From contig JBBDYJ010000014.1 of NCBI GenBank assembly GCA_040901675.1, forward strand, positions 101,418 through 165,417: a stretch of 64,000 nt of DNA, in the 5' to 3' direction. This document shows, piece by piece, positions 29,693-39,096 of this stretch (its first letter is position 1; the number at the start of each line of letters is the position of its first letter). Below the pieces are notes generated by a model. It made no database searches and was not told where the DNA came from. It was given only the letters and a program-made list of their open reading frames with translations. Source of the stretch: Pirellulales bacterium (lineage in GTDB: Bacteria > Planctomycetota > Planctomycetia > Pirellulales > JAICIG01). The position numbers and the translations under genes are program-made.

Positions 29693-32425
29693 ATGGCTAA
29701 ATCCAAACCCAAAAACGCCGCCGGCAAGCCGCTGGTGATCGTCGAGTCGCCCGCCAAGGCCCGCACCATCGGCGGTTTTCTGGGCCGCGACTTCGTGATC
29801 GAGGCCAGCATCGGGCACGTCCGCGACCTGCCCCAGGGGGCCAAGCAAATCCCCGCCGAGTTCAAGAAGGAGGATTGGGCCTACCTGGGGGTCAACGTCC
29901 ATGACGACTTCAACCCCGTTTACATCGTGCCGCCCGGCAAGGTCGAGCAGGTCCGCAAACTCAAGGCCCTGCTCAAGGACGCCCGCGAGCTTTACCTGGC
30001 CACGGACGAGGACCGCGAGGGCGAGGCCATCAGTTGGCACCTCCGCGAGCTGCTCAAGCCCAAGGTGCCCGTCCGCCGCCTGGTGTTCCACGAGATCACC
30101 AAGGAAGCCATCCACGAAGCCCTGGAGCATCCGCGGGACATTGACGACGCCCTGGTCCGTGCCCAGGAAACCCGCCGCATCATCGACCGACTGTTCGGCT
30201 ACGAGGTGTCCCCGCTGCTTTGGCGGAAGGTGCGGCCCCGCCTCTCGGCTGGGCGCGTGCAGAGCGTGGCGGTGCGGCTGATCGTCCAGCGCGAGCGCGA
30301 GCGGATGGCGTTTGTCTCGGCCAGCTTCTGGGATCTGCTGGGCACATTCGCCAAGGCCGGTGGAGAAGGCTTCCAGGCCGGCCTGTCCAGCTACCAAGGC
30401 CGGTCGATCCCGTCGGCCAAGGACTTCGACCCGGCCACCGGCAAGCTGAAGGATCAGCGGCTGTTGCTGCTCGACGAAGAGCAGGCGTCCCAATTGGCCC
30501 ACGAGCTGCGCGCAGGCCAGTTCCGCGTCGGTTCGTTGGACGATAAGCCCTACACGTCGAAACCCTATGCACCTTTCACCACCAGCACGCTGCAGCAGGA
30601 AGCCAACCGCAAGCTGGGCTTTACGGCCCGCCGCACGATGCAGGCGGCCCAGAGCCTGTACGAAACCGGCCACATCACCTACATGCGAACCGACTCGACG
30701 AACCTGGCCGCCGTGGCCATCGAGGCGGCCCGCGACCTGGTGGCATCGCAGTACGGGCGTGAGTACCTGCCGGACCAGCCTCGCGTGTATCGCACCAAGG
30801 TCAAGAACGCGCAGGAGGCCCACGAGGCGATCCGGCCGGCGGGCCATCCCTTTGCCCTGCCCGAGTCGCTGCGAGGCGAGCTGTCGAGTGACGAGTACAA
30901 GCTGTACGACCTGATTTGGAAGCGTACCGTGGCCAGCCAGATGGCCGACGCCCGCGGCCGCCGGATCTCGATCACGATCGAAGGCGGTGAGGCCACGTTC
31001 CAGGTGGGGGGCAAGACGATCGACTTCCCCGGCTACCTGCGGGCGTACGTGGAAGGCGCCGACGATCCCCAGGCGGAGTTGGCCGACCGCGAAACCGTGC
31101 TGCCCGACGTGCAGGTGGGCCAGGTGCTCGCCTGCCAGGCCATGGAACCCAAGGGGCACACGACGCAGCCTCCCGGCCGCTACAACGAAGCTACGCTGAC
31201 CCGTGCCCTGGAAGAGCTGGGCATCGGCCGTCCCAGCACGTACGCGGTGATCATCGATACGATCCTGGCCCGGCAGTACGTTTTCAAGCGAGGCAACGCC
31301 CTGGTGCCTACCTGGACCGCTTTTGCCGTCTCCCAGTTGCTGGAGGAGCACCTGCCGGACCTGGTCGACTACCGCTTCACGGCCCAGATGGAAGACGATC
31401 TGGACGCGATCAGCCGCGGCGAGGCGGGGCACGTCGACTACCTGCGGGCTTTTTATTTCGGCAACGGGCACGTCGGTTTGAAGCGGCAGCTCGAGAACAA
31501 GGTCGACGAGATCAACGCCCGCGACGTCAGCCGCATCTCGCTGGGCACTCCCGGGGGCAATGGCCAGGCTGGGCAGGAAATCTATGTCCGCGTGGGACGC
31601 TTCGGTCCTTTTCTGGAACAGGGAGAACGGCGGGCCAGCATTCCCGACGGCTTTCCGCCGGACGAGTTGACGATTCGTGCCGCCCTGGAAATGCTCGACC
31701 GGGCCGCTCAGGGGGACGAGCCGCTGGGCATCTGTCCTGAGACGAACAAGCCGGTCTTCTTGAAAGTCGGCCGCTTCGGGCCGTATGTGCAGCGCGGCAC
31801 GTCGCAGGATGAGGAAAAACCGCAGAACGCTTCGCTGCTCAAGTCGATGGACCCCGAGGACGTCGACCTGGCCGCGGCCTTGAAGCTGCTTAGCCTGCCC
31901 CGTGAGCTGGGAGAACATCCCCCCGGCAACTCGCCGTTGGCCGGCCAGAAGGTGTGGGCGTACAACGGTCGATTCGGGCCCTACGTCAAGTGCGGTCAGG
32001 AAACCCGCTCGCTCCCGTCGGAGCTTTCGCCGCTGGACATCACGCTGGAGCAGGCGGTGGCCCTGCTGGCCGAACCGAAGAAGGCCCGCCGCGGCTTCGG
32101 CGCGCCGAAGGAGCCGATCAAGGTCTTCAGCCAGTCGCCCGTCACCGCTGAGCCGGTCAAGCTGCTCGAAGGGCGTTACGGGCCCTATGTGACCGATGGC
32201 GCCACGAACGCTTCGCTGCCCAAGGGCACGCCGGTCGAGGAGCTCACGTTCGAACAGGCGCTGGAGCTATTGGCGGCCCGGGCCGCACAAGGACCTGCCA
32301 GGAAAGGCTCACGCCGCAAAAAGCCGTCCTCCTCCCCCATCAAGAAGAAGTCCGCGCCGCGGAAGACGGCACGGCCGAAAGCGAAAGGCAGCAGGCCGAA
32401 GGCGAAAGGCCGAAAGGCCGGCTAA
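29693..32425 (+). CDS. topA: DNA topoisomerase I
   Basis: LVIVESPAKA, GHVRDL, LATDEDREGEAI, SAGRVQS, ITYMRTDS, GIGRPSTYA; C-terminal GRFGPY repeats and Lys-rich tail. Confidence 0.98.
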   Translation: MAKSKPKNAAGKPLVIVESPAKARTIGGFLGRDFVIEASIGHVRDLPQGAKQIPAEFKKEDWAYLGVNVHDDFNPVYIVPPGKVEQVRKLKALLKDARELYLATDEDREGEAISWHLRELLKPKVPVRRLVFHEITKEAIHEALEHPRDIDDALVRAQETRRIIDRLFGYEVSPLLWRKVRPRLSAGRVQSVAVRLIVQRERERMAFVSASFWDLLGTFAKAGGEGFQAGLSSYQGRSIPSAKDFDPATGKLKDQRLLLLDEEQASQLAHELRAGQFRVGSLDDKPYTSKPYAPFTTSTLQQEANRKLGFTARRTMQAAQSLYETGHITYMRTDSTNLAAVAIEAARDLVASQYGREYLPDQPRVYRTKVKNAQEAHEAIRPAGHPFALPESLRGELSSDEYKLYDLIWKRTVASQMADARGRRISITIEGGEATFQVGGKTIDFPGYLRAYVEGADDPQAELADRETVLPDVQVGQVLACQAMEPKGHTTQPPGRYNEATLTRALEELGIGRPSTYAVIIDTILARQYVFKRGNALVPTWTAFAVSQLLEEHLPDLVDYRFTAQMEDDLDAISRGEAGHVDYLRAFYFGNGHVGLKRQLENKVDEINARDVSRISLGTPGGNGQAGQEIYVRVGRFGPFLEQGERRASIPDGFPPDELTIRAALEMLDRAAQGDEPLGICPETNKPVFLKVGRFGPYVQRGTSQDEEKPQNASLLKSMDPEDVDLAAALKLLSLPRELGEHPPGNSPLAGQKVWAYNGRFGPYVKCGQETRSLPSELSPLDITLEQAVALLAEPKKARRGFGAPKEPIKVFSQSPVTAEPVKLLEGRYGPYVTDGATNASLPKGTPVEELTFEQALELLAARAAQGPARKGSRRKKPSSSPIKKKSAPRKTARPKAKGSRPKAKGRKAG

Positions 32426-33214
32426 GAGCGCTGAGTAGGGAGTGGTTTGCCCTTCACCCCCGGCCGGCCCTAGAATGTAGTCAGCGGTGCCTGGGTGCAA
32501 ACTCTTGCCGGCAGGCTCCGCCAGGTTCCCGTCCGCCCCGGATCCCATCTTGTCCGTCGAGCGCGCTTGCGCATCTAGTGCAACCGTTGACGCCGCCCTA
32601 AGCGTTAGAGTCAGGCGAAGCGTTAACGGCGCCGCGATCGGACTGTCCGCTACGAAAGGGAAAACTTTCTAAAGTCAAACCCCGCCGCCACTCGAAATAC
32701 CTTTCGGAAGGCTTGTACAGCGCGGGACTTTCCTTGCCCCAAGGAAGGTGCCCCGTGACCGCAAAGCCGCAGGGGGGAACCTGCCCAAAGGCCACGCCTG
32801 AAATCGGTTGCCGTCGGCGGTGCGACGGCAACCGTCGCTTGCTTTCCTCGCTGCCCAACTGCCGCCGCGTTTTAGCGCATCGCCCGGGTCTCGTTGGGAA
32901 TCGGAGCTACACCGAATGGAACGCTGCTTCCCTATTTTACGGATTTTCACTGACTTCCGGATGCCCCGCTCGCCGATGACTCTCACTAAGGCCGGGATCA
33001 GAGGGAGCTGAACCACAGCCGAACGAAGCGAATACCAACGTCAACGCCCCGACCCAGATGTTTGCGGTGGGTAGCTCGAACACCCACAGCCGGCACGAAG
33101 GATCGCGACAGAGCCGCCAGGCCGCAGACAAGGGGCCCGCAAGCTCCGGTGGAGGACAACCGCCTCGCCGGAGTGAACTTCCAAACCAAAGCGAATGTAA
33201 TTGGAGAGCCTGCG

Positions 33215-33790
33215 ATGAAGGTCTTCACAACTGGACAGGTCGCCAAGATCTGTAAGGTGGCCCCGCGCACCGTCAGCAAGTGGTTTGATTCCGGCCGGCT
33301 GAAAGGTTATCGCATCCCCGGCTCCCAGGACCGGCGTATTCCCCGCGAATACCTGATCCGGTTCCTCAAGGAGCATGGGATGCCTCTGGGAGATCTCGAA
33401 GACGAAGCCATGGCCAAGGTACTCGTGGTCGGACAAGACCAAGTCTTGATCGAGAACCTGAAGCGAGAGCTGCCTCTGGAGCGCTCCTTCAAGCTGGCCG
33501 TGGCCGCCAGCGGATTCGAAGCCGGCATCCAGGCCGAGAGCTTCCATCCCGACTGCATCATCGTCGATTTCTCGATCGGCCGGATCGAGGCCCTGCAGAT
33601 CTGCCAAAACCTGCGGCGCAACAGCGAGTACTCCGAAACGATCCTGATTGCACTGTTGCCCGACGATGGCAATTCCAACAGCTTTGATCGCTCGAGTATC
33701 AACGAAACGTTCAAGAAACCGTTCGACGCGGCCTTGCTGGCCGAGCGTCTGCGGACCTTGATCGGGGCCCGCAAAGAGCTGGCTCGCTAG
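33215..33790 (+). CDS. Excisionase/MerR-like HTH plus atypical receiver-domain regulator
   Basis: FTTGQVAKICKVAPRTVSKWFDSGRLKGYRIPGSQDRRI (HTH_17-type); REC-like PDCIIVD and KKPF; GGAG RBS. Confidence 0.9.
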   Translation: MKVFTTGQVAKICKVAPRTVSKWFDSGRLKGYRIPGSQDRRIPREYLIRFLKEHGMPLGDLEDEAMAKVLVVGQDQVLIENLKRELPLERSFKLAVAASGFEAGIQAESFHPDCIIVDFSIGRIEALQICQNLRRNSEYSETILIALLPDDGNSNSFDRSSINETFKKPFDAALLAERLRTLIGARKELAR

Positions 33791-34173
33791 GTACCCCGCC
33801 CGCGGGCGCTGTCTCGGCAGTGTGCGTCGCTGGCAATCAACCCGTCGCGGCTAGACCCCCGCGGCGGTTAAGGTTAGCTCGGGGGGCGGCCGAAAGAGTC
33901 GGCTGCTGGCATGCTGGGCATCCCGGGCCCGGCAAGCCCCCCTTTGCCTCTCTGGGCCGCCCTGTTTGGCGGCCCCAAGGCCTTCCAAGGCCTTGCCCGC
34001 TCGTCGATGCGCCCTTGGGGCGTTAATCCGCTGCGGCCCTTTGCGGTTCTCCTGCCAGCCCATCGGGGGCGGATTTGCGGGCGCCGATCGACCAAGAGGC
34101 CCCTCGACGGGCAGGTCGCGGTCCTTAGAATGGTCGGCCAGCGGGGCGAAGCGACGGCGGGTGCATCGGGCCT

Positions 34174-34686
34174 ATGAGCGAGCTGAGTCATTTCGACGAA
34201 CAAGGCGCCAGCCGGATGGTCGACGTCGGCGCCAAGCAGATCACCGCCCGCATGGCGCGGGCCAGCGGGCGCGTGCGGATGGCGCCCACGACGCTCGAAC
34301 TGCTTCGCACGGGCGGGCCTGTCGCGGGGACCGCTCTTGCCAAGGGCAACGCGCTGGAGGTGGCGCGGCTGGCCGGCATCATGGCAGCCAAGCAGACCGG
34401 AAGCTTGATTCCGCTGTGCCACCCGCTGCCGCTGGACGCCGTGGAGATTGGCTTTGACTTTCCAGACGCCGGCACGGTTTCCATCGAGGCCACGGTGCGC
34501 GTCGCCGCTCGCACCGGAGTGGAAATGGAAGCCCTGGTGGCGGTGAGCATCGCGGCGCTGACCATTTACGACATGTGCAAGGCCGTGGACCGGTCGATGA
34601 GCGTCGAAGCGGTTCAACTCGAAGAAAAACTTGGAGGCCGCAGTGGACATTATCGCCGGCAAGGACAGGACGAGCAGCCTGGCTGA
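34174..34686 (+). CDS. moaC: Cyclic pyranopterin monophosphate synthase
   Basis: LSHFDEQG..MVDV, ARLAGIMAAK, LIPLCHP, TGVEMEAL, IYDMCKAVD, EKLGGRSG. Confidence 0.97.
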   Translation: MSELSHFDEQGASRMVDVGAKQITARMARASGRVRMAPTTLELLRTGGPVAGTALAKGNALEVARLAGIMAAKQTGSLIPLCHPLPLDAVEIGFDFPDAGTVSIEATVRVAARTGVEMEALVAVSIAALTIYDMCKAVDRSMSVEAVQLEEKLGGRSGHYRRQGQDEQPG

Positions 34687-34693
34687 GGGCGAC

Positions 34694-35767
34694 TTGGGCG
34701 CGGTCGCGGCCGTGCCGGGCGAGCCGGCCGGCGGCGCCGTCTACCGAGTTGCCGAGCCGGCGGCCGCGTGCGTCGGCCGGCGCGAGGCGCGGGGGCGTCT
34801 GGATCAGCTCTACGAGCCGATCCGCGATCAACTCGAAGGTTGCGAACGGATTCTGCGGGCCGAGCTGCGCAATGAAAACGCCTATGTCGACCAGTTGGTT
34901 CGCCACGGCTTCCGGCTGGGCGGCAAACGGCTGCGCCCGGCACTGCTGCTGCTGGCCGCCCAGGCGGCCGGCAACGTGACCGATGAGCACCTGGTGCTGG
35001 CCGCCGTGGTGGAGATGATCCATACGGCTACGCTGGTGCACGACGACGTGCTGGACGGCGCGACGGTGCGGCGGCACCTGCAGACGCTGAACTCACGTTG
35101 GGGCAACGAGGCCAGCGTGCTGGTGGGTGACTACCTGTTCACGCACGCGTTTTACCTGGCGAGCACGCTTTCCGACACGTTCGCCTGCCGCACGATCGGG
35201 CGGGCGACCAATCTGGTCTGCGAGGGGGAGCTGCGGCAGATCGAGAGCCGGGGCAACTTCGATCTGGGCCAGAACGAATACCTGGCGATCATCAAAGCCA
35301 AGACGGCCGAGCTGTGCGCCTGCTCCTGCTTGTTGGGGGCCCATTATGCAGTTACCGGTATCCAGCAGGGGCGGGCTGTCGAGGAGGCACTGGCCCGCTA
35401 CGGCAGGTGGCTTGGCATCGCCTTTCAGATCACCGACGACCTCTTGGACCTGGTGGGACACGAGGCGTCCACCGGCAAGTCGATGGGGACTGACCTGGCG
35501 TTGCAGAAGCCGACGCTGCCCGTGATCCGCCTTTTGGAGCAGGCCGGCCCGCGCCGGCACGAGGTGGTTGAGCTGCTGGCCGGTGATGCCAGCGGGTCGG
35601 AGGCACTGCATGCCTGGTTCCAGCGGACCGACGCGCTGGCTTACACGCGTCAGAAAGCGGCCGAGTTTGCCCGCAAGGCCGGCGATGAATTGCGCCTGCT
35701 GCCGGCCAGTCCGGCCCGGGAAGTGCTGGTGCAGTTGGCCGGGTTCGTCGTGGATCGCCGGCAATGA
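34694..35767 (+). CDS. Polyprenyl diphosphate synthase (IspB-like)
   Basis: GGKRLRP, EMIHTATLVHDDVLD (FARM), KT and AFQITDDLLD (SARM). Start uncertain (TTG 34694 or GTG 34712). Confidence 0.93.
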   Translation: MGAVAAVPGEPAGGAVYRVAEPAAACVGRREARGRLDQLYEPIRDQLEGCERILRAELRNENAYVDQLVRHGFRLGGKRLRPALLLLAAQAAGNVTDEHLVLAAVVEMIHTATLVHDDVLDGATVRRHLQTLNSRWGNEASVLVGDYLFTHAFYLASTLSDTFACRTIGRATNLVCEGELRQIESRGNFDLGQNEYLAIIKAKTAELCACSCLLGAHYAVTGIQQGRAVEEALARYGRWLGIAFQITDDLLDLVGHEASTGKSMGTDLALQKPTLPVIRLLEQAGPRRHEVVELLAGDASGSEALHAWFQRTDALAYTRQKAAEFARKAGDELRLLPASPAREVLVQLAGFVVDRRQ

Positions 35768-36200
35768 GGTCAGGAGTCCAGGAGTCAAGTCAGAGGTCAG
35801 GAGTCAGCAAAGCGGCCGGGTGGCTGGGGCAAAGCGATAGCGTGCCCCAGAGGTCAGAAATCGGGCAGCCTGAACGGGAAAGTGAGGCTAGCCTATGGCA
35901 AAGAAGCGACCACCGTAAGTCTGAACCATCCAGCCGCCAGCGCAAGCGGCAAGAAGACGAACTGGTGAAAAAACTGCCCGACGAGACCGAGGCCTCGCAG
36001 GAGTGGGGCGAACGTCTGTCGACCGGCAAAGCGGTGGCCACCGGGGGCAAGCAAGGAGGCAAGCACACCAAGAAGGGCCAGGGCGGCGGGAAGCGGTAGC
36101 ACAGTAAAAGCTCTCGCCCGCGTCTGATTCATCCCGCCGGATCTTCTGATCTCTGACCTCTGGCTCCTGACCCCTGACTCCCGACTCCTGGCCCTCTGAC
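35765..36200. repeat. Cassette bounded by inverted heptamer arrays, containing a family A palindrome
   Basis: GAGGTCA/GGAGTCA units at about 35765-35808 face TGACCTC/TGACTCC/TGACCCC units at about 36146-36200; family A reverse copy at about 35815-35850. Confidence 0.75.
35895..36099 (+). pseudogene. Possible small basic protein with an N-terminal frameshift
   Basis: GAGG-preceded ATG reads MAKKRPP*, while another frame gives RKSEPSSRQRKRQEDELVKKLPDETEASQEWGERL...GGGKR*. Confidence 0.35.
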
Positions 36201-36249
36201 CACCTCTCCGGCAGGCAACCATCGCTGCGCGGCGCCTGGTAGGTCCCCG

Positions 36250-36804
36250 CTATTCGACCTCCTTTCGTATTCGCTTTAGTGCTCGGCTCAAACGACGGCG
36301 CAGCGTGTTGGGATCGACATTCAATTCCAGCCCGAGATCGGGCCAGCTACGGCCGGCGTCGCGCTGCTCGAGCACATACCACTGCTGGTCGGATAGCTTC
36401 GCCTGGGCGATCGCAACGATTTCCCGATTGCAGGCCTCTTCATCAGGGGGGAGACCGGGCGCTGCGAGCGGCAGATCGTCCACGCGGACGGACACCACCC
36501 GCCCAACGTCGCGCTTGGCGGCATGCTCCTTCTTGAGGATCTTCGCCAGCCTATGGCGGACCATCTTGGTAAGCAGATGCGCCAACTCCTCCGAGGTCAT
36601 GGCATCCACCTCTTCCGGTGTGCGCCTCCTGAAAACTCGGCGGAAAACCGACTGGGTGACATCCACCGATTCGATCAATCGTGTGATGGGCGTTCCCGCC
36701 AAGTGCTTTCGCACGATTCGGCGGAGCCATGGCTCGTAGTCGCGAACAAACTTACGGGCCGCTTCTTCATTCCCCGCACGTAGATCTTCTACCAAAAGCT
36801 TCAT
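36250..36804 (-). CDS. ECF-type sigma factor
   Basis: LRAGNEEAARKFVRDYEPWLRRIVR, DVTQSVF, HAAKRD and a region 4 HTH (GRSWPDLGLELNVDPNTLRRRLSRA); GGAGG RBS. Confidence 0.85.
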   Translation of the reverse strand: MKLLVEDLRAGNEEAARKFVRDYEPWLRRIVRKHLAGTPITRLIESVDVTQSVFRRVFRRRTPEEVDAMTSEELAHLLTKMVRHRLAKILKKEHAAKRDVGRVVSVRVDDLPLAAPGLPPDEEACNREIVAIAQAKLSDQQWYVLEQRDAGRSWPDLGLELNVDPNTLRRRLSRALKRIRKEVE

Positions 36805-36879
36805 ATGGCCAATCCTCCCCAGAGCGCGCCCTCGGGCATGATGGCTTCGCCATCGTAGTCCTCCCTAACATCGGCGCCC

Positions 36880-36964
36880 AGAAAAATCCGGGGTGGGTGT
36901 CCGCTTTTGCCGTGGGTCAGTTTTTCTTGAGAAAAATCGGGGGGGTGGGTGTGCGCTTTTGGCC
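36880..36964. promoter_or_regulatory. Direct repeat pair in the divergent ECF intergenic region
   Basis: AGAAAAATCCGGGGTGGGTGTCCGCTTTTGCC and AGAAAAATCGGGGGGGTGGGTGTGCGCTTTTGGCC, starts 50 bp apart. Confidence 0.6.
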
Positions 36965-37473
36965 TGGATGGGGGCTTATATAGATGGGAAACAGCGCATT
37001 CACACCTGCACCCCGCTGAGGAGGCATCCGAACAAACATCAACCACAAATTTGATCAGTTAGCAAACGCGGATCATGGGCTGACTCGGCTACTTGGGCAA
37101 GCGCCGCTCCGCAACTGGCATGGCCGGGACCTGCTGGATCGCCGTCACACGGAGGGCGGCGTTTACGGCCAGGTGAAGCAGCCGGCTATACCGAATCGCA
37201 ACGGCGGCTACCACGCTGCCGACGCCTGGTTTCGTCCTGAAGTTGACAGTCGGCAGCGATTAGCCCGTCGAGCTTGGACTGACAAACTTCCTCACTGCTC
37301 AACGGTCTACAAGATTACCCGCGGCAGGATGGATGAAAATGGAAAGACTTTGGTGTCGCAGTCTTGGTCTGGCAATGGAGCTCGATTGCCGGACGGAGAT
37401 TCACGGCAATGATTATCGCTAGGCATGGGCGCGTGTCTGGTATCACTAGGTTCCCTTCTCAGGAGAGGTCATC

Positions 37474-38106
37474 ATGACCAGCAATCCCGTCCGGCCGGAA
37501 CCGGACCCGCCCTGGTTGCCCCTGCTTCGGAAGTTCCTTCAGGCGCTCGAAGCGGCTTTCAACGACCCAGACCGGGGGCACTCGATCTGGCTCATCTTTG
37601 TTGCAGACGCCTGGTTCCGAAGCGAGGTGGCAAGGATTGCCGCCCGCGTCGTCCCACCGGGCTGGAAAAGTGATCTGATTGACGAGGTTGCCCAGCAAGC
37701 GATGTTGTTGTTCCTCAGAGAGTTGCGCCACCGCTTCGATTTGGGCGTCGATCGCAAAAAAGTTGAAGAAACATTTCCGGCCTGGATCGGCTCGATCATC
37801 GAAAACGACTGCCGCGAGGCACTCCGCCGCATTCAGCGGGTTCGCGCTGACCAAGGAGCATGGCCGCTCGCGGAACCGTGGCTGGACCAGCGGCGGTCAA
37901 TGGAGAAATGCCGACACATAAGCGAGCTGGTCGAAAAACTCAAGCATCCGGCCAGAGCGATCGTTCAGCTCGTGATATTGGAGTACGAGATGAGCGAAAT
38001 CGCCGAGATGCTCAATATCCCCGAGCGCACGGCGTACCACCACTTCAACCGCGCCAGACGCCGATTGAGGGACCAGCTCGAGAAGGACGAGGAAACGGAC
38101 CTATAA
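37474..38106 (+). CDS. Sigma-70/ECF-like sigma factor
   Basis: AGGAGAGG RBS; DEVAQQAMLLF and FPAWIGSIIENDCRE (region 2-like); MSEIAEMLNIPERTAYHHFNRARRRL (region 4 HTH). Confidence 0.8.
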   Translation: MTSNPVRPEPDPPWLPLLRKFLQALEAAFNDPDRGHSIWLIFVADAWFRSEVARIAARVVPPGWKSDLIDEVAQQAMLLFLRELRHRFDLGVDRKKVEETFPAWIGSIIENDCREALRRIQRVRADQGAWPLAEPWLDQRRSMEKCRHISELVEKLKHPARAIVQLVILEYEMSEIAEMLNIPERTAYHHFNRARRRLRDQLEKDEETDL

Positions 38107-38370
38107 GCCCTGCTCTTCACGCCTTCGGAATTCGGCGGCCAGCGCCTCGGCAAAAGCGCGGGTCCAGCTCCGGAAACTGTGGATCAACCCCAGGACCTCG
38201 TGGGCCTCTTCCTTCGTCAGCTCCTGTCGAGCCAACCGCCCCAGCACATGCTCGTCGACCTCGGGCGCCGTTGCTTCATCGCGGTACTTCCGCTCGGGCA
38301 ACCCTAGCTTGGCCAACCAGGCCCGCACGTCGGCGTCGTAGTCGCGCTTCTTTTTCTTCGGCGTTGGCAT
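38101..38370 (-). CDS. Small protein resembling a zinc-free anti-sigma domain
   Basis: GAAAGG before ATG; VDEHVLGRLARQELTKEEAHEVLGLIHSFRSW follows the anti-sigma (zf-HC2) helical pattern without HxxxCxxC. Confidence 0.55.
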   Translation of the reverse strand: MPTPKKKKRDYDADVRAWLAKLGLPERKYRDEATAPEVDEHVLGRLARQELTKEEAHEVLGLIHSFRSWTRAFAEALAAEFRRREEQGL

Positions 38371-38869
38371 CCTTTCGCAGTCCCCTTCATTCAAGGCCGC
38401 AAGGTCAACCCAAACATCCCAATCAGCCGTATACCGTGCGGACGAGGTTTGTTTGGCCAATTTAACCAGACGCCCGATCCTGTAGTCAATCTGACTATGG
38501 TAACCGGTGGGCGACGCGCTGCAATGGCCCATCCAGAGAGGGGAGAAGGGGCCCTTGAATATGTACAACCGATCATATTCTTGCCGCGCCCGATTCAATT
38601 TTTTTTAAGCGGGCACTTCGGATCGAAGTTCGGCATCCGTAACGTCTTGCCGCGCGCGAAGTCCGCGCGCTTCTCGTGAAAATGGAGGAGTCGTCCATTT
38701 TCTTTGCAAAAAATAGGGTGCTCGCTGCATAGATCCTTTTAGAGGGATCGATGCGAGGCAGCCGGTGATCGGACTGGAAGCGCTGAAGCGGCTGCTGGCG
38801 ATGGAAAGCAGTTGATGGCGCCGCCGGCGCCGAAGTGGTTCTTCTCGGGGCAGGGAAGGCGTGGATCTC

Positions 38870-39088
38870 ATGCACCGCCGGTTCTGTCTGCAAGCACTCG
38901 TTGCTGCGGCCGTTTGGCCGCTGTTCGGATGTTGCCACGCCGGCTGCCAGCGCGCTGCGGCCACCGAGCGCGGCCGCCGGCAGAGCTCGCACGCACCCGC
39001 ATCGCTCAGCGATGGTGCCGGCCAACGCACAACTCTTGCCTACGACGAACAGGGGCGCGTAATCAAAGTGATTGAACATTGGGAGTAG
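38870..39088 (+). CDS. Small exported peptide with a single YD/Rhs repeat
   Basis: MHRRFCLQALVAAAVWPLFGC (Tat/lipoprotein-like); C-terminal DGAGQRTTLAYDEQGRVIKV; stop 8 bp before the next gene. Confidence 0.6.
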   Translation: MHRRFCLQALVAAAVWPLFGCCHAGCQRAAATERGRRQSSHAPASLSDGAGQRTTLAYDEQGRVIKVIEHWE

Positions 39089-39096
39089 CCAAAGCG

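Noticed and set aside
26954..31918. Long antisense ORFs (865 aa, 800 aa and similar elsewhere)
   Set aside because: Shadow frames of real high-GC genes with no recognisable motifs.
32670..32835. Cyclic di-GMP-I riboswitch (GTCAAACC...CGCAAAGCC...GGTTGCCG)
   Set aside because: Spacing is too long, there is no GAAA-capped P2, and GGTTGCCG is taken up by its own 12-bp hairpin. Only an Rfam scan could rescue it.
32700..33010. RNase P RNA (AGGAAAGTCC on the minus strand)
   Set aside because: Only one short motif matches; the other conserved regions were not found.
36984..37412. Possible small gene between the two sigma factors
   Set aside because: No clear start or recognisable motif and an in-frame stop near 37017; may be a remnant but cannot be supported.
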